Below are positions 37,414-46,795 of a stretch of 64,000 nucleotides of DNA, in pieces. A model generated the notes under the pieces. It was not told where the DNA came from, ran no database searches, and was given only the letters and a program-made list of their open reading frames with translations. Origin of the DNA: Candidatus Kryptoniota bacterium (GTDB taxonomy: Bacteria > Bacteroidota > Ignavibacteria > Kryptoniales > JAKASW01); NCBI GenBank assembly GCA_049966155.1, contig JBMFVE010000001.1, positions 543,831 to 607,830 on the forward strand. Direction: 5' to 3'. The position numbers and the translations under genes are program-made. The stretch's first letter is position 1, and every line of letters begins with the position of its first letter.

Positions 37414-38343
37414 ATGAGATCATCGAATGTTGAATTTAACAGTCAACTTGATCTTTTCTTTGAATTTCTGAAATTCGAAAAAGGGCTATCGGATAATAGC
37501 CTGTTATCGTATCAAAACGATTTGAAACGATATGTCGATTACCTTATACATACAGGTAAATCCAGTTTTGATGAGATCACGCGTGATGACCTGAGAAAAT
37601 TTCTCAAATCGTTGTTCGACTGCGGATTGAAGCAAAGCAGCATAGCGAGAAGCTTTTCATCTGTTAAGAACCTTCATAAGTTCCTGATTTCTCGAAAACT
37701 TTCGGAGATTGACCCAACAATTAATCTTGAAAGACCAAAATCACAACGGAAGCTCCCAGAAGTGCTTACAGAAAAGGAAATCAAAAATTTAATTGAAACG
37801 CCGGACATAAAAACTACTGTCGGTTTAAGGGACAGAGCAATGCTCGAAACGCTTTACGCAACCGGCATAAGGGTCAGTGAACTTGTAAATATTAGATGCC
37901 GTGACCTCATAGCTAACGAAAATGTGTTGAGAGTTTTTGGGAAAGGATCAAAAGGAAGAATTGTCCCGATAAGCGACGTAGCAATTAAATGGATAAATAA
38001 ATACAAAACACACAGCAGACAAAACTTTATAAAAAAGGTTTCGGGTCAACCAGATCCCGAATTCCTGTTTTTGAATAACCGCGGCAAAAAACTTTCACGT
38101 ATCTCTGTCTGGAGAATGATTCAGAAATATGCCTGTGGAACAGGTATAGAAAAGAAAATTCACCCGCATACTATCAGGCATACTTTTGCTACTCACTTGC
38201 TTGAAGGTGGTGCAGACATTCGCGCCGTACAGGAGATGCTGGGTCATAGTGACATTGGCACAACTCAAATATATTTACATCTGGATAAAAGCTATTTAAA
38301 AAGTATTCTGGAGAAATATCATCCGAGAGGTAAAAATGCTTGA
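37414..38343 (+). CDS. xerD: Site-specific tyrosine recombinase XerD/XerC
   Basis: About 309 aa. Catalytic pattern ...ATGIRVSEL..., HPHTIRHTFATHLLEGGADIRAVQEMLGHSDIGTTQIYLHL. I prefer ATG 37414 over the TTG at 37402. Confidence 0.85.
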   Translation: MRSSNVEFNSQLDLFFEFLKFEKGLSDNSLLSYQNDLKRYVDYLIHTGKSSFDEITRDDLRKFLKSLFDCGLKQSSIARSFSSVKNLHKFLISRKLSEIDPTINLERPKSQRKLPEVLTEKEIKNLIETPDIKTTVGLRDRAMLETLYATGIRVSELVNIRCRDLIANENVLRVFGKGSKGRIVPISDVAIKWINKYKTHSRQNFIKKVSGQPDPEFLFLNNRGKKLSRISVWRMIQKYACGTGIEKKIHPHTIRHTFATHLLEGGADIRAVQEMLGHSDIGTTQIYLHLDKSYLKSILEKYHPRGKNA

Positions 38344-38998
38344 TGACTTATACGTTCTTCCCGTCCTTCTTTTTTCAGTAATCATTCATGAGATTTCACA
38401 TGGATATGTCGCCCTGCGAATGGGTGATCCAACGGCTAAGGAGAGTGGCAGACTTACGCTCAACCCAATCCCGCATATTGACCTTTTCGGATCAATATTG
38501 GTCCCCCTTTTTTCCCTGCTGACAGTCGGCCATATCCTGATAGCATGGGCCAAACCTGTTCCGGTAAACCCAAATAACTTCAATGATGAAAAAAGAGGTG
38601 AAATCTTTGTTTCATCTGTCGGACCGATATCCAATCTGATAATGGCCGTAATATGTTCAATAACAACAATCTTTATTTTGAAGCTTCAGCCGGTATTTGG
38701 TACCTCAAACATGGGAAAAGCATTTTTTGAATTTCTTTTGAAGATGTTTTTTGGGGGAATTTCTCTCAATATAATTCTCGCAATCTTCAATTTAATACCT
38801 ATTCCACCGCTTGACGGCTCCCATGTAATCAAGCCATTTCTCCCTCTGTCGGTTGCTGAAAGTTACGAGCATATTGGTTTTTTTGGTGTTTTCCTGATAC
38901 TAATTTTAATGAGAGTCCCTGCATTCCAGGCTACCTTCAATGCGGTAATTAACTTTTTTTATATTCCATTGTACCGCTTCGTACTTAATTTTGCATAA
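38336..38998 (+). CDS. Site-2 protease family (M50) membrane metalloprotease
   Basis: 220 aa. HEISHG zinc motif and NLIPIPPLDGSH motif. Multi-pass membrane protein. Overlaps the end of xerD by 8 nt. Confidence 0.85.
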   Translation: MLDDLYVLPVLLFSVIIHEISHGYVALRMGDPTAKESGRLTLNPIPHIDLFGSILVPLFSLLTVGHILIAWAKPVPVNPNNFNDEKRGEIFVSSVGPISNLIMAVICSITTIFILKLQPVFGTSNMGKAFFEFLLKMFFGGISLNIILAIFNLIPIPPLDGSHVIKPFLPLSVAESYEHIGFFGVFLILILMRVPAFQATFNAVINFFYIPLYRFVLNFA

Positions 38999-39107
38999 TT
39001 ATCACCAATTACCGAACTTAAATTATGAGAGATGGTAATTCAAATAATTGAACTTTAAGCGCTGCAAGCCAACACGTTTTTCAATAACAGAATTTAAGAA
39101 GCAAGAA

Positions 39108-40487
39108 ATGATAGTTATGAAATTTGGCGGTACTTCCGTGGAAGACGCCGCTTCAATTGACAGAGTCACCGAAATAGTAAAAAAAGAAGAGAAACGAAAA
39201 CCAATAGTGGTTGTCTCAGCCTGTGCGGGGGTCACTAATCAACTTCTTAAAGTAGCCGACCTTTCCGCAGGTGGACAAAAGGACGAGGCAGCTGATATAA
39301 TTAATGAAATAAAAAACCGGCATGAACGCATAGTCGATGAACTAATACATACTGAACTTCCAAGAAATTACCTTAAAGGAAAAATTTCCGTTTATGCACA
39401 TGAATTAAAAAACCTACTGAACGCAGTATCTGTCCTTGGTGAAGTCACTAATAGATCTCGTGATGCGTTTGCATCTTATGGTGAGCGCATGTCATCCATG
39501 ATTCTTGCCCAGGCTTTTGAGGAAAAACAAATTAAATCCACGCTGATTGATGCACGAGAATTTATGATCACCGACCATTCATTCACAAAAGCCAGGCCAA
39601 ACTATGAAAAAATAGCTGCAGCTGCAAAGAAATTGCTCCTTCCCCGGGTAAACGATTGCATCGTCGTAACACAGGGCTTTATCGGTGCAACTGAAGATGG
39701 AATAGTAACCACAATTGGCCGTGGAGGATCAGACTTTTCCGCAGCAATTATTGGTGCGGTTCTGAACGCTGAAGAAATCCAGATCTGGACTGATGTTGAC
39801 GGTATACTCACTGCTGATCCCTCGATTGTACCTCAGGCAAGGCGCATAAAAAGGATGTCCTTTAATGAGGCGTCAGAATTGGCTTATTTTGGTGCTCGAG
39901 TCTTACATCCTATGACCATCCTTCCTGCGATTGAAAAAAACATACCTGTCTACGTACGTAACTCCCGTAACCCCGAATATCGCGGCACCCTGATAACCCG
40001 GGAGAAGACTAATGGTAATGGAACCCCTAAGTCAATTGCTTACAAAGAACGAATCACCTTGATTAATCTCGTTTCAAGCCGAATGTTTCTTGCCCACGAT
40101 TTTCTCCAGGCAGTCTTTTCCGTTTTCAATAAATATAAGACCATAGCCCATGCTGTTGCGTCGAGTGAAGTCAGCGTTTCCATAGCAATAGACGAAACGG
40201 AACACCTCAATGAAATTACAGAGGAACTAAGCCAATTCTCGGAAATAGAAATATCGAGCAATAAAGCCATAGTTTGTATTGTAGGAGAAAATATCAAACA
40301 TAACGTTGGCTTTATAGGGCAGGTTTTCTCTGCACTGAGCGGGATTCACATTAACATGATTTCTCAGGGAGCTTCCGAAATCAATTTAAGTTTTGTAGTT
40401 GACGAGGAGTCTCTTAACTCAACTGTTAGACTGCTTCACCAGCAGCTTTTTGGAAATGTGTCCCGGCAAAGTGATATTTTTGATTAA
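39108..40487 (+). CDS. lysC: Aspartate kinase
   Basis: N-terminus MIVMKFGGTSV, then kinase core motifs (GRGGSDFSA) and C-terminal ACT repeats. The track start at 39048 is over-extended. Confidence 0.9.
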   Translation: MIVMKFGGTSVEDAASIDRVTEIVKKEEKRKPIVVVSACAGVTNQLLKVADLSAGGQKDEAADIINEIKNRHERIVDELIHTELPRNYLKGKISVYAHELKNLLNAVSVLGEVTNRSRDAFASYGERMSSMILAQAFEEKQIKSTLIDAREFMITDHSFTKARPNYEKIAAAAKKLLLPRVNDCIVVTQGFIGATEDGIVTTIGRGGSDFSAAIIGAVLNAEEIQIWTDVDGILTADPSIVPQARRIKRMSFNEASELAYFGARVLHPMTILPAIEKNIPVYVRNSRNPEYRGTLITREKTNGNGTPKSIAYKERITLINLVSSRMFLAHDFLQAVFSVFNKYKTIAHAVASSEVSVSIAIDETEHLNEITEELSQFSEIEISSNKAIVCIVGENIKHNVGFIGQVFSALSGIHINMISQGASEINLSFVVDEESLNSTVRLLHQQLFGNVSRQSDIFD

Positions 40488-40510
40488 AAGGTTTCTACAA
40501 AAAACTTTCA

Positions 40511-41785
40511 ATGATGAGAAATTTAATTACTTACAAAGGTACTGAGCTCTACATAGAGTCTTTGCCGGCTTCAGAACTAGCCAGCCGCTATGGAACCCCT
40601 CTCTACGTTTACAGTTTGAACACCATAACCCAAAAAGTAGAAATTCTTCGCAGCATGTTGACAGGCGAGATTAAAGCAAAGATCCTCTATGCACTTAAAG
40701 CAAACTCAAATGTGGAAATTTTAAGACATATCAGCTCACTGGGGTTGGGGGCAGATACAGTATCAGCAGGGGAAATATTCCTGGCACTTAAAAGCGGCTT
40801 CCTGCCAGCTGGCATTTCACTTGCGGGTGTTGGGAAATCCGACAGGGATATTGTTTTTGCAATTGACAGGGGAATCGGGGCCATAATTGTTGAATCAGAG
40901 CAAGAAATAGATATAATTTCTGAAATTGCTACGGAACTGCATAAAACAGCAAACATTTTAATACGCATTAACCCGGACGTAAACGCACGAACCCATCCGC
41001 ACATCTCCACAGGTTTGCGAGAGAATAAATTTGGAATAGATATACGGGTGGCAGATGGAGTCATAAAAAAAGCTCTCCTTTTACCCGGCATAAACTTTGT
41101 AGGCCTGCATACCCATATTGGATCCCAGATTACGGATATCGCCCCATATGCCGAAGCTGCCGAATCGGTCTCGGAATTCGTCCGAAAACTATTCATGGAT
41201 GGAATACGGGTCAAACAAATAGACTTTGGCGGCGGGCTCGGAGTTAACTATCAAAAAGCAATTACTCACAGCTCACTACCGATGGACAACGTATCTGAAA
41301 CATCTATTGACCTCTTAGAGTTTGCTGCTATACTCAAGAAAAATTTTTACACTTCAGGATGTGAAGTTATAATTGAACCAGGACGATTTATAGTTGCAGA
41401 CTCGGGTGTCCTGATTACAAAAGTACTTTACAAAAAGAAGTCTCCCGAGAAAACTTTTATTGTTATAGATGCCGGGATGAATGACATGATGAGGCCTGCT
41501 CTATACGGCGCTTTTCACCAGATCGTTCCGATCTCCTTACAAAACGACAAAACGGAACTTGTCGATATCGTTGGACCGGTATGTGAATCAACTGATACAT
41601 TTGCAGTGAATCGTGAGATTCTGCATGTAGAAAGAGGAGATCTTCTGGCAATTATGACCGTTGGTGCTTATGGCTATTCACTATCCTCAAATTACAATTC
41701 CCGCCCGCGCCCCGCTGAAGTTCTTGTAGAGAAAGACTATTCCCGCATCATTCGCGATAGGGAAACATTTGAAGATTTGATTTAA
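40511..41785 (+). CDS. lysA: Diaminopimelate decarboxylase
   Basis: 424 aa. PLP-dependent Orn/DAP/Arg decarboxylase fold (YALKAN lysine site, GGGLGV, CESTD). Confidence 0.9.
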   Translation: MMRNLITYKGTELYIESLPASELASRYGTPLYVYSLNTITQKVEILRSMLTGEIKAKILYALKANSNVEILRHISSLGLGADTVSAGEIFLALKSGFLPAGISLAGVGKSDRDIVFAIDRGIGAIIVESEQEIDIISEIATELHKTANILIRINPDVNARTHPHISTGLRENKFGIDIRVADGVIKKALLLPGINFVGLHTHIGSQITDIAPYAEAAESVSEFVRKLFMDGIRVKQIDFGGGLGVNYQKAITHSSLPMDNVSETSIDLLEFAAILKKNFYTSGCEVIIEPGRFIVADSGVLITKVLYKKKSPEKTFIVIDAGMNDMMRPALYGAFHQIVPISLQNDKTELVDIVGPVCESTDTFAVNREILHVERGDLLAIMTVGAYGYSLSSNYNSRPRPAEVLVEKDYSRIIRDRETFEDLI

Positions 41786-41796
41786 GGAGATTTAAA

Positions 41797-42792
41797 ATGA
41801 TTCATTATGATGTTGCAGTTGTTGGTGCAACCGGACTTGTTGGTCGAAAAATGATACAGGTTCTTGAGGAACGGAACTTCCCTGTTAGCCGTCTGGTACT
41901 GCTTGCCACTGAAAAGTCAGTCGGAAAGGAGATAGCTTTCCATGGAAAACCCATAAAGGTACAAAGGCTTGAACCTGGTTCATGCAGGAACGTCAGAATT
42001 GCCCTCTTTTCTGCAGGGGCATCTGTAAGCAAACAATATGCCCCACTTGCAGTCAAGGAAGGAGCGGTTGTCATAGATAACAGCAGTGCCTTCAGAATGG
42101 AACCAGATGTACCACTTGTTGTGCCTGAAGTTAATGGAAAAGAAATTTTCAAGCATAAGGGTATAATAGCCAATCCAAACTGTTCAACAATACAAATGGT
42201 GGTTGCTCTCAAACCGCTCCATGATCGTTATACTATAAAAAGAATAATTGTGTCAACATACCAGTCAGTAACGGGAGCCGGACAAAGAGGGGTTGCACAA
42301 TTAGAGGCAGAAATCCTTAACCAGAAAGTCGAAAATCCAAAGTTCCCTCACAATATAGCTTATAACTGTCTTCCCCATATTGATTTGTTTTTCGAAGATG
42401 GATATACAAGAGAAGAACATAAAATGATTTTTGAGACTAAAAAGATAATGGGCGATCAAACCATAAAAATTACAGCAACTTGCGTTCGTGTCCCTGTGAT
42501 TGGAGGACACAGCGAGAGTGTGACAGTGGAATTTGAAAAGAATTACGATATTAAAGACGTAAGGGAGATCCTGTCCCACGCACCAGGCGTGGTTCTTCAG
42601 GATGATCCGTTGAACAATATTTATCCCATGCCTTTAAGTGCGCATGACAGAGACGAAGTTTTTGTCGGCAGACTCAGACGGGACAACTCTTCGGAAAACT
42701 CTCTTAACATGTGGATAGTAGCCGACAACATCAGAAAAGGTGCAGCTACAAATGCTGTCCAGATCGCTGAGGAACTAATTAAAGGGTCTTAA
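41797..42792 (+). CDS. asd: Aspartate-semialdehyde dehydrogenase
   Basis: 331 aa. VGATGLVG Rossmann motif and the active-site Cys context NPNCSTI. Confidence 0.92.
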   Translation: MIHYDVAVVGATGLVGRKMIQVLEERNFPVSRLVLLATEKSVGKEIAFHGKPIKVQRLEPGSCRNVRIALFSAGASVSKQYAPLAVKEGAVVIDNSSAFRMEPDVPLVVPEVNGKEIFKHKGIIANPNCSTIQMVVALKPLHDRYTIKRIIVSTYQSVTGAGQRGVAQLEAEILNQKVENPKFPHNIAYNCLPHIDLFFEDGYTREEHKMIFETKKIMGDQTIKITATCVRVPVIGGHSESVTVEFEKNYDIKDVREILSHAPGVVLQDDPLNNIYPMPLSAHDRDEVFVGRLRRDNSSENSLNMWIVADNIRKGAATNAVQIAEELIKGS

Positions 42793-42805
42793 AATAAAAG
42801 GCGAA

Positions 42806-44629
42806 ATGAAAAAACCATTCAGGCAGAGACTAAAAGAAGGGGTTATCGTCTGTGACGGAGCAATGGGAACATTGCTTGAGCTTTACGAATACGATGAGAA
42901 ACCTCCTGAAATTCATAACTTAAAAAACCCGGACATTGTTGAACGAGTTCACAGAGAGTACATTCAAGCAGGTGCGGAAATCATAGAGACAAATACATTT
43001 TCGGGAAACAGAATCCGTCTCGAGGTATATCATCTGAGTGATAAGGTTAAGGAAATAAACGAAGCTGCTGTAAACATTGCTAAACATGCAGCTGGCGATA
43101 GCGTGTACGTGGCTGGAGCGGTCGGCCCAACGGGGAGGCTCCTTGAACCCCTTGGGAAAATGAAAATCTCAGATGTAAAGAAAGTATTTAAGGAACAAAT
43201 TCAAATACTGATTAACTCAGGTGTTGACCTCCTTATACTTGAAACATTCATAGACTTGAATGAACTGGATGCAGCAATTGATGCAGCAAGAGAAATATCT
43301 GCAGATATTCCAATTATAGCACAAAAAACTTTTTCTGAAGATGGAGCAATTCTTGCATCAAACTTCCCCTTAGAGGTTGTACAGCATATAAAATCCAAGG
43401 GCGTCGATGTTGTAGGATCAAATTGCACCGTTGGCCCCCAGAGAATGTACGGAATTATCAAGTCCATTTATTCCGAAGATGTTATTTTATCTGCACAGCC
43501 AGCTGCAGGAATACCGACTCTTGTTGATGGTAGATCCATTTACCATGCAACACCTGAATACCTGGCCACCTATGCCAAACAACTTGTTGAAGCAGGAGTG
43601 ACAGTTGTAGGAGCATGCTGCGGTTCCACCCCATCTCACATCAGAGCTATATCTGAAGCAGTAAGAGGTGTCAAAATTGCGCGCAAACCTATTGTCATAA
43701 AAAAGTCAACAACTATTGAGGAAGAAATAGTGGGGCCAGAACCGGCAACCCGGTCCAAACTGGCAAAAAAGTTAGGACGGGAGTTTATAACCACAGTTGA
43801 ACTCGATATTCCGCGCGGACTTGATATATCCAGTGTTATGGATGGAGCCAAGTTCTGCAAGGAAAATGGAATTGATGCAGTTAACATTACTGACGGCGCA
43901 CGTGCCAGAATTAGGATGAGCTCAATTGCTATTTCTCATCTGATTCAAAAGCAAATTGGAATTGAGGCGGTTACTCATTTGACCACGCGAGACAGGAATA
44001 TGATTGGCCTTCAAGCCGAACTTCTGGGGGCACATGCATTAGGTTTGAGAAATCTCCTCCTCGTTACAGGAGATCCGGCAAAAATTGGGGACTTACCGCA
44101 GGCTAAATCTGTGTTTGACATTGATTCAGTTGGACTGATTAAAATCACTAAAAGTATGAACACGGGACGTGATTCTATGGGGAACTCCCTGGGGTCATCT
44201 ACATCCTTTCTCATAGCTTGCGCGGCCAACCCGGCTGCTGAAGATTTCGGATATGAAATCGAAAAGCTTTACCGAAAAGTCGAATCAGGTGCTGAAGTGA
44301 TATTCACCCAACCAATATATCAAATCGAAATTTTTGAAAACTTCATGAGAGCTCTGGAGCCATTGAGAATTCCAGTTATCGTTGGCGTTCTTCCCCTTCG
44401 AAGTTACCGCCACGCAGAATTCCTCCATCATGAAATTCCGGGGATAACTATACCCGAGTCAATTCAGGAAAAAATGTTGCGTGCTCGAGAAAATGCCTCA
44501 GAGATCGGAATTGAGATCTCAGCAAGTTTGCTTAAAGAAATAAAAAGGTCAATTGCTGGAGCTTATTTGCTACCCCCCTTTAAAAAATACGATGTCGCAA
44601 TCCGTGTACTCGAAAAAGCAGGGATTTGA
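42806..44629 (+). CDS. yitJ: Bifunctional homocysteine S-methyltransferase / 5,10-methylenetetrahydrofolate reductase
   Basis: 607 aa. The N-terminal Hcy-binding domain has GACCGS, and the C-terminal MTHFR domain follows. The architecture matches B. subtilis YitJ. Confidence 0.85.
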   Translation: MKKPFRQRLKEGVIVCDGAMGTLLELYEYDEKPPEIHNLKNPDIVERVHREYIQAGAEIIETNTFSGNRIRLEVYHLSDKVKEINEAAVNIAKHAAGDSVYVAGAVGPTGRLLEPLGKMKISDVKKVFKEQIQILINSGVDLLILETFIDLNELDAAIDAAREISADIPIIAQKTFSEDGAILASNFPLEVVQHIKSKGVDVVGSNCTVGPQRMYGIIKSIYSEDVILSAQPAAGIPTLVDGRSIYHATPEYLATYAKQLVEAGVTVVGACCGSTPSHIRAISEAVRGVKIARKPIVIKKSTTIEEEIVGPEPATRSKLAKKLGREFITTVELDIPRGLDISSVMDGAKFCKENGIDAVNITDGARARIRMSSIAISHLIQKQIGIEAVTHLTTRDRNMIGLQAELLGAHALGLRNLLLVTGDPAKIGDLPQAKSVFDIDSVGLIKITKSMNTGRDSMGNSLGSSTSFLIACAANPAAEDFGYEIEKLYRKVESGAEVIFTQPIYQIEIFENFMRALEPLRIPVIVGVLPLRSYRHAEFLHHEIPGITIPESIQEKMLRARENASEIGIEISASLLKEIKRSIAGAYLLPPFKKYDVAIRVLEKAGI

Positions 44630-44811
44630 GCATAATTTTGGGGTATCATTTCATTTTTCAGGACGTCTAATATTCTGCACGATGACCTTATGGAAATTGC
44701 TGGAAGCCCGATTCTTGCTTAAGAGCCGTGTTATTGTTAGATTATAAATGCATGGTAATAAGTACAAGTTCTTCTGAACTGGTAAATTTTGGTTTTAGTA
44801 GAATCTGTATA

Positions 44812-44886
44812 GGGCTCTTAGCTCAGCTGGTTCAGAGCGTCCCGTTCACATCGGGAAGGTCACTGGTTCGAGTCCAGTAGAGCCCA
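44812..44886 (+). tRNA. tRNA-Val (anticodon CAC)
   Basis: I folded it by hand. Acceptor stem GGGCTCT/AGAGCCC, D stem GCTC/GAGC, anticodon stem TCCCG/CGGGA with loop TTCACAT, and T arm ACTGG-TTCGAGT-CCAGT. The CCA is not encoded. Confidence 0.88.
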
Positions 44887-44973
44887 CCGGCTCAAAATAG
44901 CGAAAATAAACCTGGAACATGAGGAAAATGAGTTATTTTCTAATCTGCTGGAGGGGAAAAGCGAGACTTGATA

Positions 44974-45321
44974 ATGCATAATATGAAAAAAAGTCTCACA
45001 AAAAAACAGGTAAAGGACATGGAAAAGGTAAGTGAACAGCTCTCCTCGGAGAAGAAGCGCGCGACAAAAAAGCAAATCGAGAACCCATTAGACGATATTG
45101 TCAGCGATGAAATTTACGAAAAACTTGTGGAAAACGGGCTTCTCGATTACAAAGCTGTCCGCGATTATCAGATTAAACGGCTTTTCAAAGACCTTCGAAA
45201 TTACATGAATGTAGGGGACGCAATAGAAAAAATACAAGACCGTTACCCCTATCTGCGATTTGACACGATCAGAAAGATCGTTTATAACGCCAAATCTGAA
45301 AAGGAAACCTCTGAGAAGTAA
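44974..45321 (+). CDS. Small basic protein with a Mor-like C-terminal HTH pattern (hypothetical)
   Basis: About 112-115 aa. The N-terminus is Lys-rich. The C-terminal segment RDYQIKRLFKDLRNYMNVGDAIEKIQDRYPYLRFDTIRKIVY resembles the R-x-x-I-x-x-x-F...HTH...I-x-x-I-V layout of Mor-family regulators. The assignment is tentative. Confidence 0.5.
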   Translation: MHNMKKSLTKKQVKDMEKVSEQLSSEKKRATKKQIENPLDDIVSDEIYEKLVENGLLDYKAVRDYQIKRLFKDLRNYMNVGDAIEKIQDRYPYLRFDTIRKIVYNAKSEKETSEK

Positions 45322-45332
45322 ATCCTGAGTCG

Positions 45333-45377
45333 CGATTTTCCTCTTTTATGGGAATTTTCTGAGAGAAAAATCGTTTT
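45333..45377 (+). terminator. Probable Rho-independent terminator
   Basis: CGATTTTCCTCT ... AGAGAAAAATCG pairs at 11 of 12 positions across a 17-nt loop, followed by TTTT. Confidence 0.5.
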
Positions 45378-45415
45378 AAAGGATAGGTGTATCTATACAA
45401 ACTGGAGAGTGTCCT

Positions 45416-46057
45416 ATGAAAAAGTATGTATCAAATAGTGACGAATCAGTCAGGATGTTCAAAAGTGATTTCCTGGAATTCTTTTCCCATGTCCACCCTG
45501 TGACACCAGCTATAATTTACATCCCGGTCATTATTTATTCACTCTATAAGACGTATACAAATAAAGTTGAACTGCCGGGAGCGTTCGCTCTATTGATATT
45601 GGGCATATTTGTCTGGAGCCTTACGGAATATACTCTTCATAGATTTGTTTTCCATTTTACCCCCACGAGCAAGATTGGACAAAAAATTCATTTTGTCTTC
45701 CACGGCGTACATCATGACTACCCAAATGATTCAACACGCCTCGTGATGCCACCTGCAGTAAGTATACCACTGGCAGCTATGTTTTACTTTTTGTTTTTAA
45801 AGATTCTCGGGACACATTACCTTCCTCCTTTTTTTGCTGGTTTCATTGTCGGTTATCTTGCCTATGACCTTACCCATTATGCGGTGCATCATTTCAGTCT
45901 TCACGGAAAAATCTCGCTTTACCTCAAACAGCACCACATGCGTCACCACTACCTGAACCCCGATAGCAACTACGGTGTCAGCTCACCAATGTGGGACTTT
46001 GTTTTCGGAACATTTCTGAAGAAAGTTCATGATGAATCAATGTCAATGAGCCGGTAA
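45416..46057 (+). CDS. Fatty acid hydroxylase superfamily membrane protein (sterol desaturase/FA2H-like)
   Basis: 213 aa, roughly 4 TM segments. His boxes HRFVFH, HGVHHDYP, HYAVHH and HHMRHH. GGAGAG lies upstream of the ATG. Confidence 0.8.
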   Translation: MKKYVSNSDESVRMFKSDFLEFFSHVHPVTPAIIYIPVIIYSLYKTYTNKVELPGAFALLILGIFVWSLTEYTLHRFVFHFTPTSKIGQKIHFVFHGVHHDYPNDSTRLVMPPAVSIPLAAMFYFLFLKILGTHYLPPFFAGFIVGYLAYDLTHYAVHHFSLHGKISLYLKQHHMRHHYLNPDSNYGVSSPMWDFVFGTFLKKVHDESMSMSR

Positions 46058-46062
46058 ATACA

Positions 46063-46776
46063 TTAGATATAACCGCCATTTCTCATGCTCAAGTAACCAC
46101 CCGGTCCTACTATCAAATGATCATGAACAGCGATCCCCAGGAACTCACCCGATTTCACCAAATCTCTGGTGACCTGAATATCTTCCCTGCTCGGTTCAAG
46201 CTTGCCGCTCGGATGATTGTGTATTACTATAATACTTGCTGCTTCCTCAAGAATAGCGAATTTAAATACTGCACGCACGTCGACCAGACTTGCATTCAGC
46301 GTCCCTTCTGTTAAGGTTTTTACTCGCTTCACACGGCCTGACGTGCTTAGCGCAATTACTTTAAGAACCTCACGCTTCTCCCCCGCAAAATCACGATAAA
46401 TAAATTTATATACAGCCTCTGGATTGCTCAAAAGTGGAGTCTCTTCACCAACAGATTTCTGTGTTCTGCGCCCTATCTCGAAAGCAGCAGCCAGTGTAAT
46501 TGCCTTCACGTTTCCAATTCCCGGAATCGAGGCTAACTCAAGCGCGTCCCGCCTCGACAACATTTCCAACGAATTATCAAACATCATCAACAATTCCCGC
46601 GCTATATCAATCGCTGTTTGTGATTGATTCCCAACCCTTGTTCCCGTTCTCAAAAGTATGGCTAATAGTTCAACATCCGTTAGTTTCGTTGCCCCAAGCG
46701 AAAGGAGTTTTTCACGAGGTTTCTCACTGTCTGGCCACTCACGAAGTGTGACAATCTGCTTGTCTGGCTTTTTCAT
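46063..46776 (-). CDS. radC: RadC/UPF0758 family JAB-domain protein
   Basis: 237 aa. N-terminal HhH-like region (ELLAILLRTG) and a C-terminal JAMM motif (HNHPSG). Confidence 0.88.
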   Translation of the reverse strand: MKKPDKQIVTLREWPDSEKPREKLLSLGATKLTDVELLAILLRTGTRVGNQSQTAIDIARELLMMFDNSLEMLSRRDALELASIPGIGNVKAITLAAAFEIGRRTQKSVGEETPLLSNPEAVYKFIYRDFAGEKREVLKVIALSTSGRVKRVKTLTEGTLNASLVDVRAVFKFAILEEAASIIVIHNHPSGKLEPSREDIQVTRDLVKSGEFLGIAVHDHLIVGPGGYLSMRNGGYI

Positions 46777-46795
46777 AGATATCCCCCTGCCTGAA

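Noticed and set aside
37414-38343. Tyrosine recombinase as a marker of an integrated element
   Set aside because: The sequence matches the housekeeping XerC/XerD type. It overlaps or abuts conserved genes on both sides (7TM-HD and M50 protease). It is 6.5 kb from the nearest tRNA and has no phage or IS genes around it.
40687-41214. Long antisense ORFs inside well-supported genes: 175 aa opposite lysA, 135 aa at 41805-42212 opposite asd, 161 aa at 55751-56236 opposite tal, and 131 aa at 33651-34046 opposite tatT/pfkA
   Set aside because: They are shadow ORFs. They are Ser/Pro/Thr/Arg-rich and have no recognisable motifs or SD sequences. Each lies fully within a gene whose product has canonical motifs.
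46063-46776. RadC as an anti-restriction or mobile-island gene
   Set aside because: It is the full-length UPF0758 form with an N-terminal HhH region. It is embedded at the end of a long housekeeping operon with a 19-nt spacing.
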